Shown here: piece by piece, positions 9,534-17,445 of the stretch
How the letters are laid out: every line of letters starts with the position of its first letter
Position numbering within the stretch: the stretch's first letter is position 1
Source: Limisphaerales bacterium
GTDB taxonomy: Bacteria > Verrucomicrobiota > Verrucomicrobiia > Limisphaerales > JAJOIW01
Direction of reading: 5' to 3'
Assembly: GCA_965657355.1 (NCBI GenBank)
Contig: CBFHOE010000008.1
Coordinates: forward strand, 261,678 to 290,800
DNA: 29,123 bases
The notes under the pieces: generated by a model
Told to the model about the DNA's origin: nothing
The model's database searches: none
The model's input: only the letters and a program-made list of their open reading frames with translations
Made by a program: the position numbers and the translations under genes

Positions 9534-10430
9534 ATGATCATTTTTGATCAAAAAGAGTACAGAAACATAACTCTTCCTGAATATCAGATAGAAAAGCCTA
9601 TTCTGCAGGTCGAACTTCTTAAATTGCAGGAATGGGTCGTGGCCCAGAAGAAGCGGATGATTATCCTTTTCGAGGGGCGAGATGCGGCTGGAAAAGGCTC
9701 TACAATCAAAAGATTTACGGAAAATCTCAATCCTAAAAACTATCGGGTTATCGAGCTCGGCATTCCTACAAAATCTGAATCTAGATATTGGTTCAAAAGG
9801 TATGAAAAGCGATTTCCCAAACCTGGCGAAATTACTTTTTTTGATCGATCTTGGTATACGCGTGCGCTCATTGAGCCGACCATGGGATACTGCAAAAAAG
9901 GTCAGTACAAATATTTCATGTCCAAAGTCGTGAAATGGGAGGAAAATTTGATCAAGAATGGTGTCATTCTCATTAAGTTCTATCTTTCTGTAGCCAAAGA
10001 AAAACAGGGGGTCAGGTTCAGGCATCGTATGGAGAGCCCACTCAAATATTGGAAATACTCACCGAATGACGAAATGGTTCAGAAAAAATGGGAAGTCTTC
10101 ACTCGATTCAAAGAGCAGATGTTTGAAAGAACATCAACTGAAATTAGTCCTTGGGTGGTCGTCAACTCGAATCTAAAAATGGCCGGCCGATTGAATTCAA
10201 TGCTCTACACCATTCAGAACATTGATTATAAGGGAAAAAAGCATGTCGTACCGCTAGCCAAAAAACGACAGTTATACGATCGCGACATCGATTTTCTTGG
10301 AGTTCGATTCTATGATCTCAATTTCAAGCAATCCTATCTGCTTTCTCGCCTTAAAAAATACTTGGGCCCTGCCTCACTCGAGGAAGTCGAAATGAAATTT
10401 AATAAAAAAGGGATTAAAAAGATTAAATAA
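9534..10430 (+). CDS. ppk2: Polyphosphate kinase 2
   Basis: FEGRDAAGKG (Walker A), FDRSWY (Walker B), IKFYLSV.KE.Q..RF, PLKYWKYSPND, SPWVVV. Confidence 0.95.
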   Translation: MIIFDQKEYRNITLPEYQIEKPILQVELLKLQEWVVAQKKRMIILFEGRDAAGKGSTIKRFTENLNPKNYRVIELGIPTKSESRYWFKRYEKRFPKPGEITFFDRSWYTRALIEPTMGYCKKGQYKYFMSKVVKWEENLIKNGVILIKFYLSVAKEKQGVRFRHRMESPLKYWKYSPNDEMVQKKWEVFTRFKEQMFERTSTEISPWVVVNSNLKMAGRLNSMLYTIQNIDYKGKKHVVPLAKKRQLYDRDIDFLGVRFYDLNFKQSYLLSRLKKYLGPASLEEVEMKFNKKGIKKIK

Positions 10431-10636
10431 GTCGACTTTCAGAGGCTTTCACAAATAGGCCCTGAAAGGGTCAAACAAATGAATCACATCCTTCTTATCA
10501 ATGGATGTGATTTATAATTCAAAAATAAAGCGACTTTGGGCTTCGCGTTTATTTATTTTGAAAAAAATTGGCAAAATGTACAAAAGTAGCCACTGGGCGT
10601 CCTGGTGAAATATTACCACAACGATCAAAATGATAC

Positions 10637-10669
10637 AAAAAAGCGATACTGAATTTTTAACAGTATCGC
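10637..10669 (-). terminator. Rho-independent terminator of glnII
   Basis: Perfect 9-bp inverted repeat GCGATACTG/CAGTATCGC preceded on + by A6 (U-tract on the minus strand), ~50 nt past the glnII stop. Confidence 0.8.
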
Positions 10670-10720
10670 CAGATGTGGAAAAGATTTCGGAACATGAGTT
10701 CCGTATCCCGTTAAAAAAAT

Positions 10721-11734
10721 TTAAGAAGTTGGGACTTCTGAAATTGTCTTCAAGATGCGAGAGGCAATAGCATACGGGTCTCCTTGAGAGTTTGGACGGC
10801 GGTCTTCCAGATATCCTTTGTAGTCGTTATTCATGAAGGCGTGAGGGATACGAATGGAAGCCCCTCTGTCTGCCAGGCCATAGCTAAATTTGTCGATGGA
10901 CTGCGTCTCGTGAAGGCCTGTTAGGCGAAGGTGGTTGTCAGGGCCATAAACCGCAATGTGTTCGTCTACGTTTTTCTCGAAAGCTGCCATAAGTTTCTCG
11001 AAATATTCCTTTCCACCAGTTTCTCGCATGTATTCTGTGGAGAAATTGGAGTGCATGCCTGAACCATTCCAGTCGCCCTTGAGCGGCTTACAGTGCCATT
11101 CGATGTCCACTCCGTATTCTTCGCAAAGGCGGGCCAATATGTAGCGAGCAACCCAGACATCATCCGCAGCTTTTTTGGAGCCTTTTCCAAAGATTTGGAA
11201 TTCCCATTGTCCTTTGGCCACTTCAGCGTTGATGCCTTCGTGGTTGATGCCAGCGTCCAGACAGAGGTCGAGATGTCTTTCAACGATTTCACGGGCAATC
11301 GACCCTACGCTGCCGAAACCAACACCAGTATAATAAAGTCCTTGAGGTTCAGGGTAACCATCGATTGGGAAGCCTAATGGCTTGCCGTTTTCCATGAGAA
11401 AGTATTCCTGTTCAAATCCGAACCAAGCTCCTGGATCATCGGCTATGGTCGCCCTGTGGTTGGACGCGTGAGGAGACCCGTCTGGATTGAGGACTTCGCA
11501 CATAACGAGCGCACCGTTTTTCCGTGTCGTGTCAGGGTAGACAGCAACTGGCTTTAGCATGCAGTCTGAGTTTGATCCATCTGCCTGTTGGGTAGATGAA
11601 CCGTCAAATCCCCACATTGGAAGTTGCTCCAGTGTTGGGAAATCGTCATAGTCTTCGATTTTGGTTTTTCCGCGTAGGTTTGCAACCGGGGTATACCCGT
11701 CGAGCCAGATGTATTCTAGTTTGTATTTTGCCAT
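10721..11734 (-). CDS. glnII: Glutamine synthetase type II (GSII)
   Basis: 337 aa; KLEYIWLDG, WGFDGSST.QA, GFEQEY, GINAEVAKGQWEFQ, DWNGSGMHSNFS, RLTGLHET, RGASIRIP, GYLEDRRP. Confidence 0.95.
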   Translation of the reverse strand: MAKYKLEYIWLDGYTPVANLRGKTKIEDYDDFPTLEQLPMWGFDGSSTQQADGSNSDCMLKPVAVYPDTTRKNGALVMCEVLNPDGSPHASNHRATIADDPGAWFGFEQEYFLMENGKPLGFPIDGYPEPQGLYYTGVGFGSVGSIAREIVERHLDLCLDAGINHEGINAEVAKGQWEFQIFGKGSKKAADDVWVARYILARLCEEYGVDIEWHCKPLKGDWNGSGMHSNFSTEYMRETGGKEYFEKLMAAFEKNVDEHIAVYGPDNHLRLTGLHETQSIDKFSYGLADRGASIRIPHAFMNNDYKGYLEDRRPNSQGDPYAIASRILKTISEVPTS

Positions 11735-11825
11735 AGCAAATTGTTTGTGTTCTCTTTATATCTATATAAGGGATAAACTAGCTCATTAGAATAAAAAATT
11801 CCTAAAGCTAGTTTTAAAATACTTA

Positions 11826-11841
11826 AGCAGATAATATGCCA
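11826..11841 (-). promoter_or_regulatory. Sigma-54 (-24/-12) promoter of glnII
   Basis: Minus strand TGGCATATTATCTGCT has exact GG-N10-GC spacing, close to TGGCAC-N5-TTGCW, ~90 nt upstream of the glnII ATG. Confidence 0.7.
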
Positions 11842-11908
11842 TAATCAATGATGTAATTTTCATTTATCTGCCATGAGCTCGGCATTTGAATATGAGAATT
11901 GGTTTTAA

Positions 11909-12322
11909 ATGGACGAAGTAAAAAATACTAGACGGTCAAAGGTTCGCCTTTCCTACGATGGAAAGGTTTTTAAAGAATTTAAGGGGTGTCAAGCAGAAGA
12001 AAGATTTAATAACGAGGTCTTGGTTTTAAAATACCTAGAAGAGAAAGGGTGTCCTTTCGTGCCCCGCATCATATACACAGATCAGTCAAAGTTGCTCATT
12101 GTGACTACAAATTGCGGAAAACTCGTTGAGCATATTAGTGATCGCAAGAAAGAGGCATTATTCGCCGAATTGGAGGGTTTTGGCGTTCGACATGAGGACG
12201 CTTATGCGCGAAATATTACATACAGAGTCACAGACGGGCGGTTTTGTATCATAGACTTTGAATTTGCGACTGTTCTTGATAATCCCAACCATAAATCTCC
12301 CCAACCCTTTCAGCCTAAATGA
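11909..12322 (+). CDS. Minimal protein-kinase-like (PKL fold) protein
   Basis: VFKEF (beta3 Lys), FNNEVLVL (alphaC Glu), VPRII, HEDAYARN (HxDxxxxN catalytic loop), IIDFEFA (DFG-like); ends about 20 aa later. Confidence 0.75.
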   Translation: MDEVKNTRRSKVRLSYDGKVFKEFKGCQAEERFNNEVLVLKYLEEKGCPFVPRIIYTDQSKLLIVTTNCGKLVEHISDRKKEALFAELEGFGVRHEDAYARNITYRVTDGRFCIIDFEFATVLDNPNHKSPQPFQPK

Positions 12323-13149
12323 GTTTTTCACCGGAAATAAAAATTTCCTGGGATGGAATGACACACCCTAGTTTTCATAGAAAAAATAACGAGGATGCTT
12401 TCCTGACTTTGGCACTCAATAGCGAGGAATTTTATTACTTGGGTAAGACTGGCTCTGCACAGGTTGGTGAGAATGATTTTATCTTTGCCGTTGCTGATGG
12501 CATGGGTGGAGAAAAATCGGGTGAATACGCTAGCCGAATAGCAGTTGATAAAATCACCCAAATTATACCCAAATATTTTCGAAAGAAAAACAAAGATGAG
12601 GATGCCTGCTTTGAAGAAGCATTCAGGCAAGTATTTGAAGACACAAACAAAGCTCTTCTCTATTTGGGTAGTAGTTATCCTGAATGTTCGAATATGGGAT
12701 CCACACTCAGTCTAATTTGGATAACGCCAGACCAAGTTAGATTTGCTCATATGGGTGACAGTCGGATATATAAGCAATTGCCAGGTAATCCAATTGAGCA
12801 GATAACGCATGACCATACTCATGTGGGTTACTTGCTTCGGACGGGTGCGATCAATGAAAGAGAAGCAAGAATGCATCCACGGCGTAATGCATTGCAAAGA
12901 GCACTCGGAGCAGGGCAACAAATCGTAAATCCCCAAATGGGATGTTTTCATTTGGAAAAGGGATATCGATACATATTGTGTTCAGACGGTCTGGTTGACG
13001 GGCTTTGGGATAAGCACATCACACGCCTCATAAATCAATATGAAATTGATAATGAGGAAGGAGAATCAATAGCTGAGTTATTGGTTCATGAAGCGGTTGG
13101 TGGTTTGAGCAAGGACAATACGACAGCATTGATAATCGATATAAGTTGA
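12319..13149 (+). CDS. PP2C/PPM family Ser/Thr protein phosphatase
   Basis: RKNNED, VADGMGG, GSTL, HMGDSRIY, THDH, LCSDGL, DNTT; ATGA overlap with the upstream kinase-like gene. Confidence 0.93.
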   Translation: MSFSPEIKISWDGMTHPSFHRKNNEDAFLTLALNSEEFYYLGKTGSAQVGENDFIFAVADGMGGEKSGEYASRIAVDKITQIIPKYFRKKNKDEDACFEEAFRQVFEDTNKALLYLGSSYPECSNMGSTLSLIWITPDQVRFAHMGDSRIYKQLPGNPIEQITHDHTHVGYLLRTGAINEREARMHPRRNALQRALGAGQQIVNPQMGCFHLEKGYRYILCSDGLVDGLWDKHITRLINQYEIDNEEGESIAELLVHEAVGGLSKDNTTALIIDIS

Positions 13150-13171
13150 AAGGTCTTCAAAAGACTTTTTT
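13149..13171 (+). terminator. Possible weak terminator after the PP2C gene
   Basis: AAGGTCTT-CAA-AAGACTTT followed by a T-run, immediately after the stop codon. Confidence 0.45.
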
Positions 13172-13670
13172 CGGTTGTGAATACGTCATTTCTCCTGGTG
13201 CTGGTCACGTTTCTTGCAATAGCGGAAAGCCTAAAATTTCACCAGTTACGCCAGGCAAAAGCTTTTATGTTTAACTTGGCCTTGGACCTATCCATTATTC
13301 GTCAGCCCTTTTTATATTCAGCTCATAGCCAAAGAAAACTTATCCTTTTATGGTTGTGCTCACGTTCATTCAAATTTGTTTGTATTTGGGGCTGGAACAT
13401 ACGTTTTTCTCCAGCGACATAATTTTCTGCACAAAACTCTCCGTATCATACACTCTTCTTATGCGAATTGCTTACCATGCGCTGGTATTGAGTAGGTCAT
13501 TATCAACATAAATTTTCAGAACTTATATGCTTCAGATAATTATGCATCTTGCGAGTTTGGGGTTTAAGCCAATGCTTTGTATTATTTCAGTGAGCAATTT
13601 TTTTGAATATAATTTATGTCAATCCGGAGTTGTTCACTAAAATATGACTCGATCTTGGAGAGAGGGTGCA

Positions 13671-13699
13671 TTGACATTAGGTATAAGCATCGATATTTC
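13671..13699 (+). promoter_or_regulatory. Candidate sigma-70 promoter of uvrB
   Basis: Perfect TTGACA (13671-13676), 17-nt spacer, TATTTC; ATG 13707 lies at about the expected start site. Confidence 0.45.
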
Positions 13700-13706
13700 T
13701 TTCTTA

Positions 13707-15743
13707 ATGTTTGAGTTGGTATCAGATTACATGCCATCGGGAGACCAACCCGGGGCAATAAAGGAATTGGTGAGTGGATTTAATGATGGAAAAGCTCAAC
13801 AAGTACTCCTAGGCGTTACTGGCTCAGGTAAAACTTTTACTGTGGCGAATGTTGTTAAAGAGCTCAACGTCCCGACACTAGTCATATCTCACAACAAAAC
13901 TTTAGCCGCTCAGCTCTATGCCGAGTTTAAGAGTTTTTTTCCAAATAATGCTGTTGAATATTTCGTCAGTTATTTCGATTACTACCAGCCAGAAGCCTAT
14001 ATTCCGAGAACAGATACTTTTATAGAAAAAGATTCTAGCATAAATTCCGAAATCGAGAGGTTGAGACTATCCGCCATGAGCTCACTCTTTTCGAGGAAGG
14101 ATGTCATCGTTGTTGCCTCGGTTTCATGCATCTATGGTATTGGGAGTAAAGACGATTACGAGTCGATGCTTGTAACATTGAGAATTGGGCAAGAGTTCTC
14201 CCGCGAACAGTTGTTAGAGAAATTGGTCTCACTACAATATTCGAGGAATGATATCCAACTCATGCGAGGGCATTTCAGGGTTAGAGGCGATGTCGTGGAA
14301 TTAGTCCAGGCTTCCATGGATGATGGGCTCAGAGTCGAATTTTTTGGTGATGAGATTGATCGAATTACCCGTTTCGACCCATTGACCGCAGAAACCCTAG
14401 AAGAATACACTTTTGTCACCATTTATCCCGGCAAACAGTTTGTTTCTCCCAAAGACAAAATGAAAAGGGCTCTTGTGGCAATAAAAGAGGAGATGGAGGA
14501 TCAAATAGCTTCATTTGAAAAAGAAGGGAAGCTTTTAGAAGCTCAAAGGATAAAAATGCGTACTGAGTTCGACATGGAAATGATGGATGAGATGGGTTTT
14601 TGTTCTGGTATTGAGAATTACAGTCGCCACATAGCCGGCCGGAAACCCGGGTCCAAGCCATCGACGTTACTTGATTTTTTTGATGAAGATTTCTTATTGG
14701 TCATAGACGAATCCCATGCCACAGTGCCTCAGGTTGGTGGAATGTACGCAGGTGATAGGTCTAGAAAATCGACCCTTGTGGAGCACGGTTTTCGCCTGCC
14801 TAGTGCCTTGGACAACCGTCCCTTGAATTTTGAAGAATTTCAAAATCATCAAATGAGGACTTTGTATGTAAGCGCCACTCCGTCACAAAAAGAAATAGGC
14901 TGGTGTGAGGGCGCTGTTGTGGAGCAAATAGTAAGGCCAACGGGGCTCATTGATCCTGAAGTTATTATGAAGCCCTTGAAAGGCCAGATAGATGACCTCA
15001 TAGAGGAATGCAGGAAGCGAGTTGAGATTGAAGAAAGGGTTTTTGTTACAACATTAACCAAAAGGACAGCGGAAGAACTCACTGATTATTTAGTGGATGT
15101 CGGAATACGTGTCCGGTATTTACATAGTGAGATTGACGCTATTGAAAGAGTTGAAATTCTCAGAGCTTTGAGAAGGGGGGAATTCGATGTCCTTGTTGGT
15201 ATTAACCTTTTGCGAGAGGGGTTAGATGTCCCCGAGGTTTCATTGGTCGCTATTTTGGATGCGGATAAAGAAGGGTATTTGCGGTCGACAACAAGCCTCA
15301 TTCAAACTGCAGGTAGAGCGGCAAGGCATATAAATGGATGCGTGATCTTGTATGCTGATAATGAAACCCACAGTATTAAAGAATTTTTAAAGGTTACTGG
15401 GTACAGGCGATCAAAGCAGCTGCAGTATAACGAAGAAAATGGGATCGTTCCCCAACAAGTCAATCGACCTTTAGAGCAAAGGTTATCTGGTAATGATTCG
15501 GAGACGCGCGACAATGCGGCACTCGTTATTCATGATTCGGGTGGAGATTACGACGTCTCCGAAACTATACGTGTTTTAGAGGCTGAAATGCTTGAAGTTT
15601 CACAGAAACTCGAGTTTGAAAAGGCTGCCGTCATACGAGACCAAATAAATGAATTGAAAAAAGCTTCCGGGGTCGCCACCTCGACTCCAGTGAAACCTGA
15701 AAGGCGAAAGCTCAAATACAAAAAGTCCAGGAAAAGAAGATAG
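13707..15743 (+). CDS. uvrB: Excinuclease ABC subunit B
   Basis: P.GDQP.AI, GVTGSGKT, HNKTLAAQLY, DYYQPEAY, DESH, SATP, GINLLREGLD, GRAAR, C-terminal UVR domain LEFEKAAVIRD; homology begins at MFELVS (ATG 13707), not 13644. Confidence 0.97.
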   Translation: MFELVSDYMPSGDQPGAIKELVSGFNDGKAQQVLLGVTGSGKTFTVANVVKELNVPTLVISHNKTLAAQLYAEFKSFFPNNAVEYFVSYFDYYQPEAYIPRTDTFIEKDSSINSEIERLRLSAMSSLFSRKDVIVVASVSCIYGIGSKDDYESMLVTLRIGQEFSREQLLEKLVSLQYSRNDIQLMRGHFRVRGDVVELVQASMDDGLRVEFFGDEIDRITRFDPLTAETLEEYTFVTIYPGKQFVSPKDKMKRALVAIKEEMEDQIASFEKEGKLLEAQRIKMRTEFDMEMMDEMGFCSGIENYSRHIAGRKPGSKPSTLLDFFDEDFLLVIDESHATVPQVGGMYAGDRSRKSTLVEHGFRLPSALDNRPLNFEEFQNHQMRTLYVSATPSQKEIGWCEGAVVEQIVRPTGLIDPEVIMKPLKGQIDDLIEECRKRVEIEERVFVTTLTKRTAEELTDYLVDVGIRVRYLHSEIDAIERVEILRALRRGEFDVLVGINLLREGLDVPEVSLVAILDADKEGYLRSTTSLIQTAGRAARHINGCVILYADNETHSIKEFLKVTGYRRSKQLQYNEENGIVPQQVNRPLEQRLSGNDSETRDNAALVIHDSGGDYDVSETIRVLEAEMLEVSQKLEFEKAAVIRDQINELKKASGVATSTPVKPERRKLKYKKSRKRR

Positions 15744-15785
15744 CATCACCAAGGTGAAATGAGGCTTTAGTCATTTATACTATCT

Positions 15786-17249
15786 TTAAGGTTTGAAATC
15801 GTTTCTTACCCTTTCTTCAACTATCTTTGGCTGTGTTCCCGACTCAGAAGCTAATCCAGCCGTTATCCCGGAGATGTAAGCTGTTGAAATTGAGGTGCCA
15901 GAAGAAAAATACTTTTGGTCATTATGCTCTACCATTGCTCCATAAGGAGCGGCCGCATCTATAAAGTCTCCACGATTTGCGAATGGTGCTATCGATCCGT
16001 CATTCATCACAGATGTTACTGCAAGGACATTTTCATAAGCTGCAGGAAAGGTATATGCAGTATCTGGTCTGTTGCCTGCTGCTGCCACAAAAACGACTCC
16101 CTTATCGGCTCCCTGGTTAATAACATCCTGCAGAATGGAACTAGGTTCTGGCCCTCCAAGACTCAAATTAATTATGTCGGCACCATTTTCTATGGCCTGC
16201 ACGGTTGCTCTTGCTATAAGAAAAGTATTTGTTTGATCCTCTTGGCCGTAAACATCGACAGGAAGTACTTTGACATCAAAAACTTTTTCAGCGGAATCCG
16301 CCGTAGCTTCCAGACCTTGCATGATTGTCTGGAACATCGTAGATCCATGTGTCAGGGAATCTGAAGGCCCGTTTGTTTCTCCCGCGATGGATAAAGTCGG
16401 AAGAAGAAAGTCCGAAAATTCTGAAGTCTTATCTGAGTTGGAGATAGCCGTATCAATCATCCCAATAATCACAGAATCATCGGAAAGCCCTGGAGCCGAT
16501 GTGATTTTTGGTTTTGAAGGATTAATGGCATATCCACGCTGTGAGTTACTCGGGCGGGAATATTTAAAATTATCCTCCACTGAACCAATACCATTGTTTT
16601 TCTCAAGAACTTTTTTTGCTAATTGAGTTGCTGTCTCATCTCCCAACTGGAGTCTGTAGGCATTGATTTCTGGAATGGACTCAAGGATTTTTGCTCCAAG
16701 CTTTTCGGCAACCTTATTAATATCTATGTCCGAGTTGTCCTTGAGCCTCACTATTATTTCATTACCAATTTTTTCTACAGAATATTCCCCAGACAATTCA
16801 GCTATTTCGAGTGGATCCACTTCCTGGCTGGCATCTGATGCCCTGCCTTTGAAAATTTTGAGCTGAATGAATTTGTGGCCTCTGGTCTTCAAAGTAAAAG
16901 TAGCCCCCCACGGGATGGCTCGGATGGCCTCTTTGGACTTTAAATTTTCGATTTCTGTCGTGATGGTGCCCTTCAATCCCGGTTGGATAAATATATCCCA
17001 TTTCGTGAGGGTTTTTAGATATATCAGGAATTCTTTGATAGGGACATCTTGTGTGCGCGCCGAGAGCTTGTATTCAATTGGGTCCCAACGGATATAGCCA
17101 GATTCGTTTGGGAAGGCTAATTCCATGGTATGTTGTATTGCTCTGCTCTCACTAGCTTCCTTCGTCGATGTGACATTCTGTTCCGTCGCTGAACCTTGAA
17201 TACCTAGCGACGCAACCAATACTAGGCAAATCAGAATCCATAGATTCAT
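15786..17249 (-). CDS. Secreted S8 (subtilisin-like) serine peptidase with an extra N-terminal domain
   Basis: Signal peptide MNLWILICLVLVASLGIQG (ATG 17249; track ORF starts 17339); triad IDTA / HGSTM / SGTSIS, INLSLGG, VAAAGN, FPAAY. Confidence 0.8.
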   Translation of the reverse strand: MNLWILICLVLVASLGIQGSATEQNVTSTKEASESRAIQHTMELAFPNESGYIRWDPIEYKLSARTQDVPIKEFLIYLKTLTKWDIFIQPGLKGTITTEIENLKSKEAIRAIPWGATFTLKTRGHKFIQLKIFKGRASDASQEVDPLEIAELSGEYSVEKIGNEIIVRLKDNSDIDINKVAEKLGAKILESIPEINAYRLQLGDETATQLAKKVLEKNNGIGSVEDNFKYSRPSNSQRGYAINPSKPKITSAPGLSDDSVIIGMIDTAISNSDKTSEFSDFLLPTLSIAGETNGPSDSLTHGSTMFQTIMQGLEATADSAEKVFDVKVLPVDVYGQEDQTNTFLIARATVQAIENGADIINLSLGGPEPSSILQDVINQGADKGVVFVAAAGNRPDTAYTFPAAYENVLAVTSVMNDGSIAPFANRGDFIDAAAPYGAMVEHNDQKYFSSGTSISTAYISGITAGLASESGTQPKIVEERVRNDFKP

Positions 17250-17445
17250 TGTTCCAAACCGAAACATACAGCGCATCTCTTTCAACCTGGACGATAATTT
17301 TAACAAGATTTCTGAATTCAGTAACCTAATATCGCTCATATATAAGCCAAATAAACCAAAAACTGATATTATTTTTTAATTTTGCGGCTTGACTTTATAA
17401 ATGATTAGTTGCTGCGTATTTCGGTTTTTGATACTGTCGAGTCGT

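Noticed and set aside
9483..10025. 180-aa antisense ORF over ppk2, and the other short ORFs nested in or antisense to identified genes
   Set aside because: They overlap well-supported genes and show no family motifs; treated as shadow ORFs.
10688..10703. GGAAC-ATGA-GTTCC resembling a Gram-positive SOS box
   Set aside because: It lies between convergent gene ends, not in a promoter; better explained as an RNA hairpin.
13177..13422. 81-aa ORF after PP2C
   Set aside because: GTG start right after a terminator-like hairpin, no RBS and no recognisable motif.
13631..13644. Possible LexA box upstream of uvrB (TGTTC-ACTA-AAATA versus the Verrucomicrobia-type TGTTC-N4-GAACA)
   Set aside because: The right half-site has two mismatches in an AT-rich context; not supportable without a PWM.
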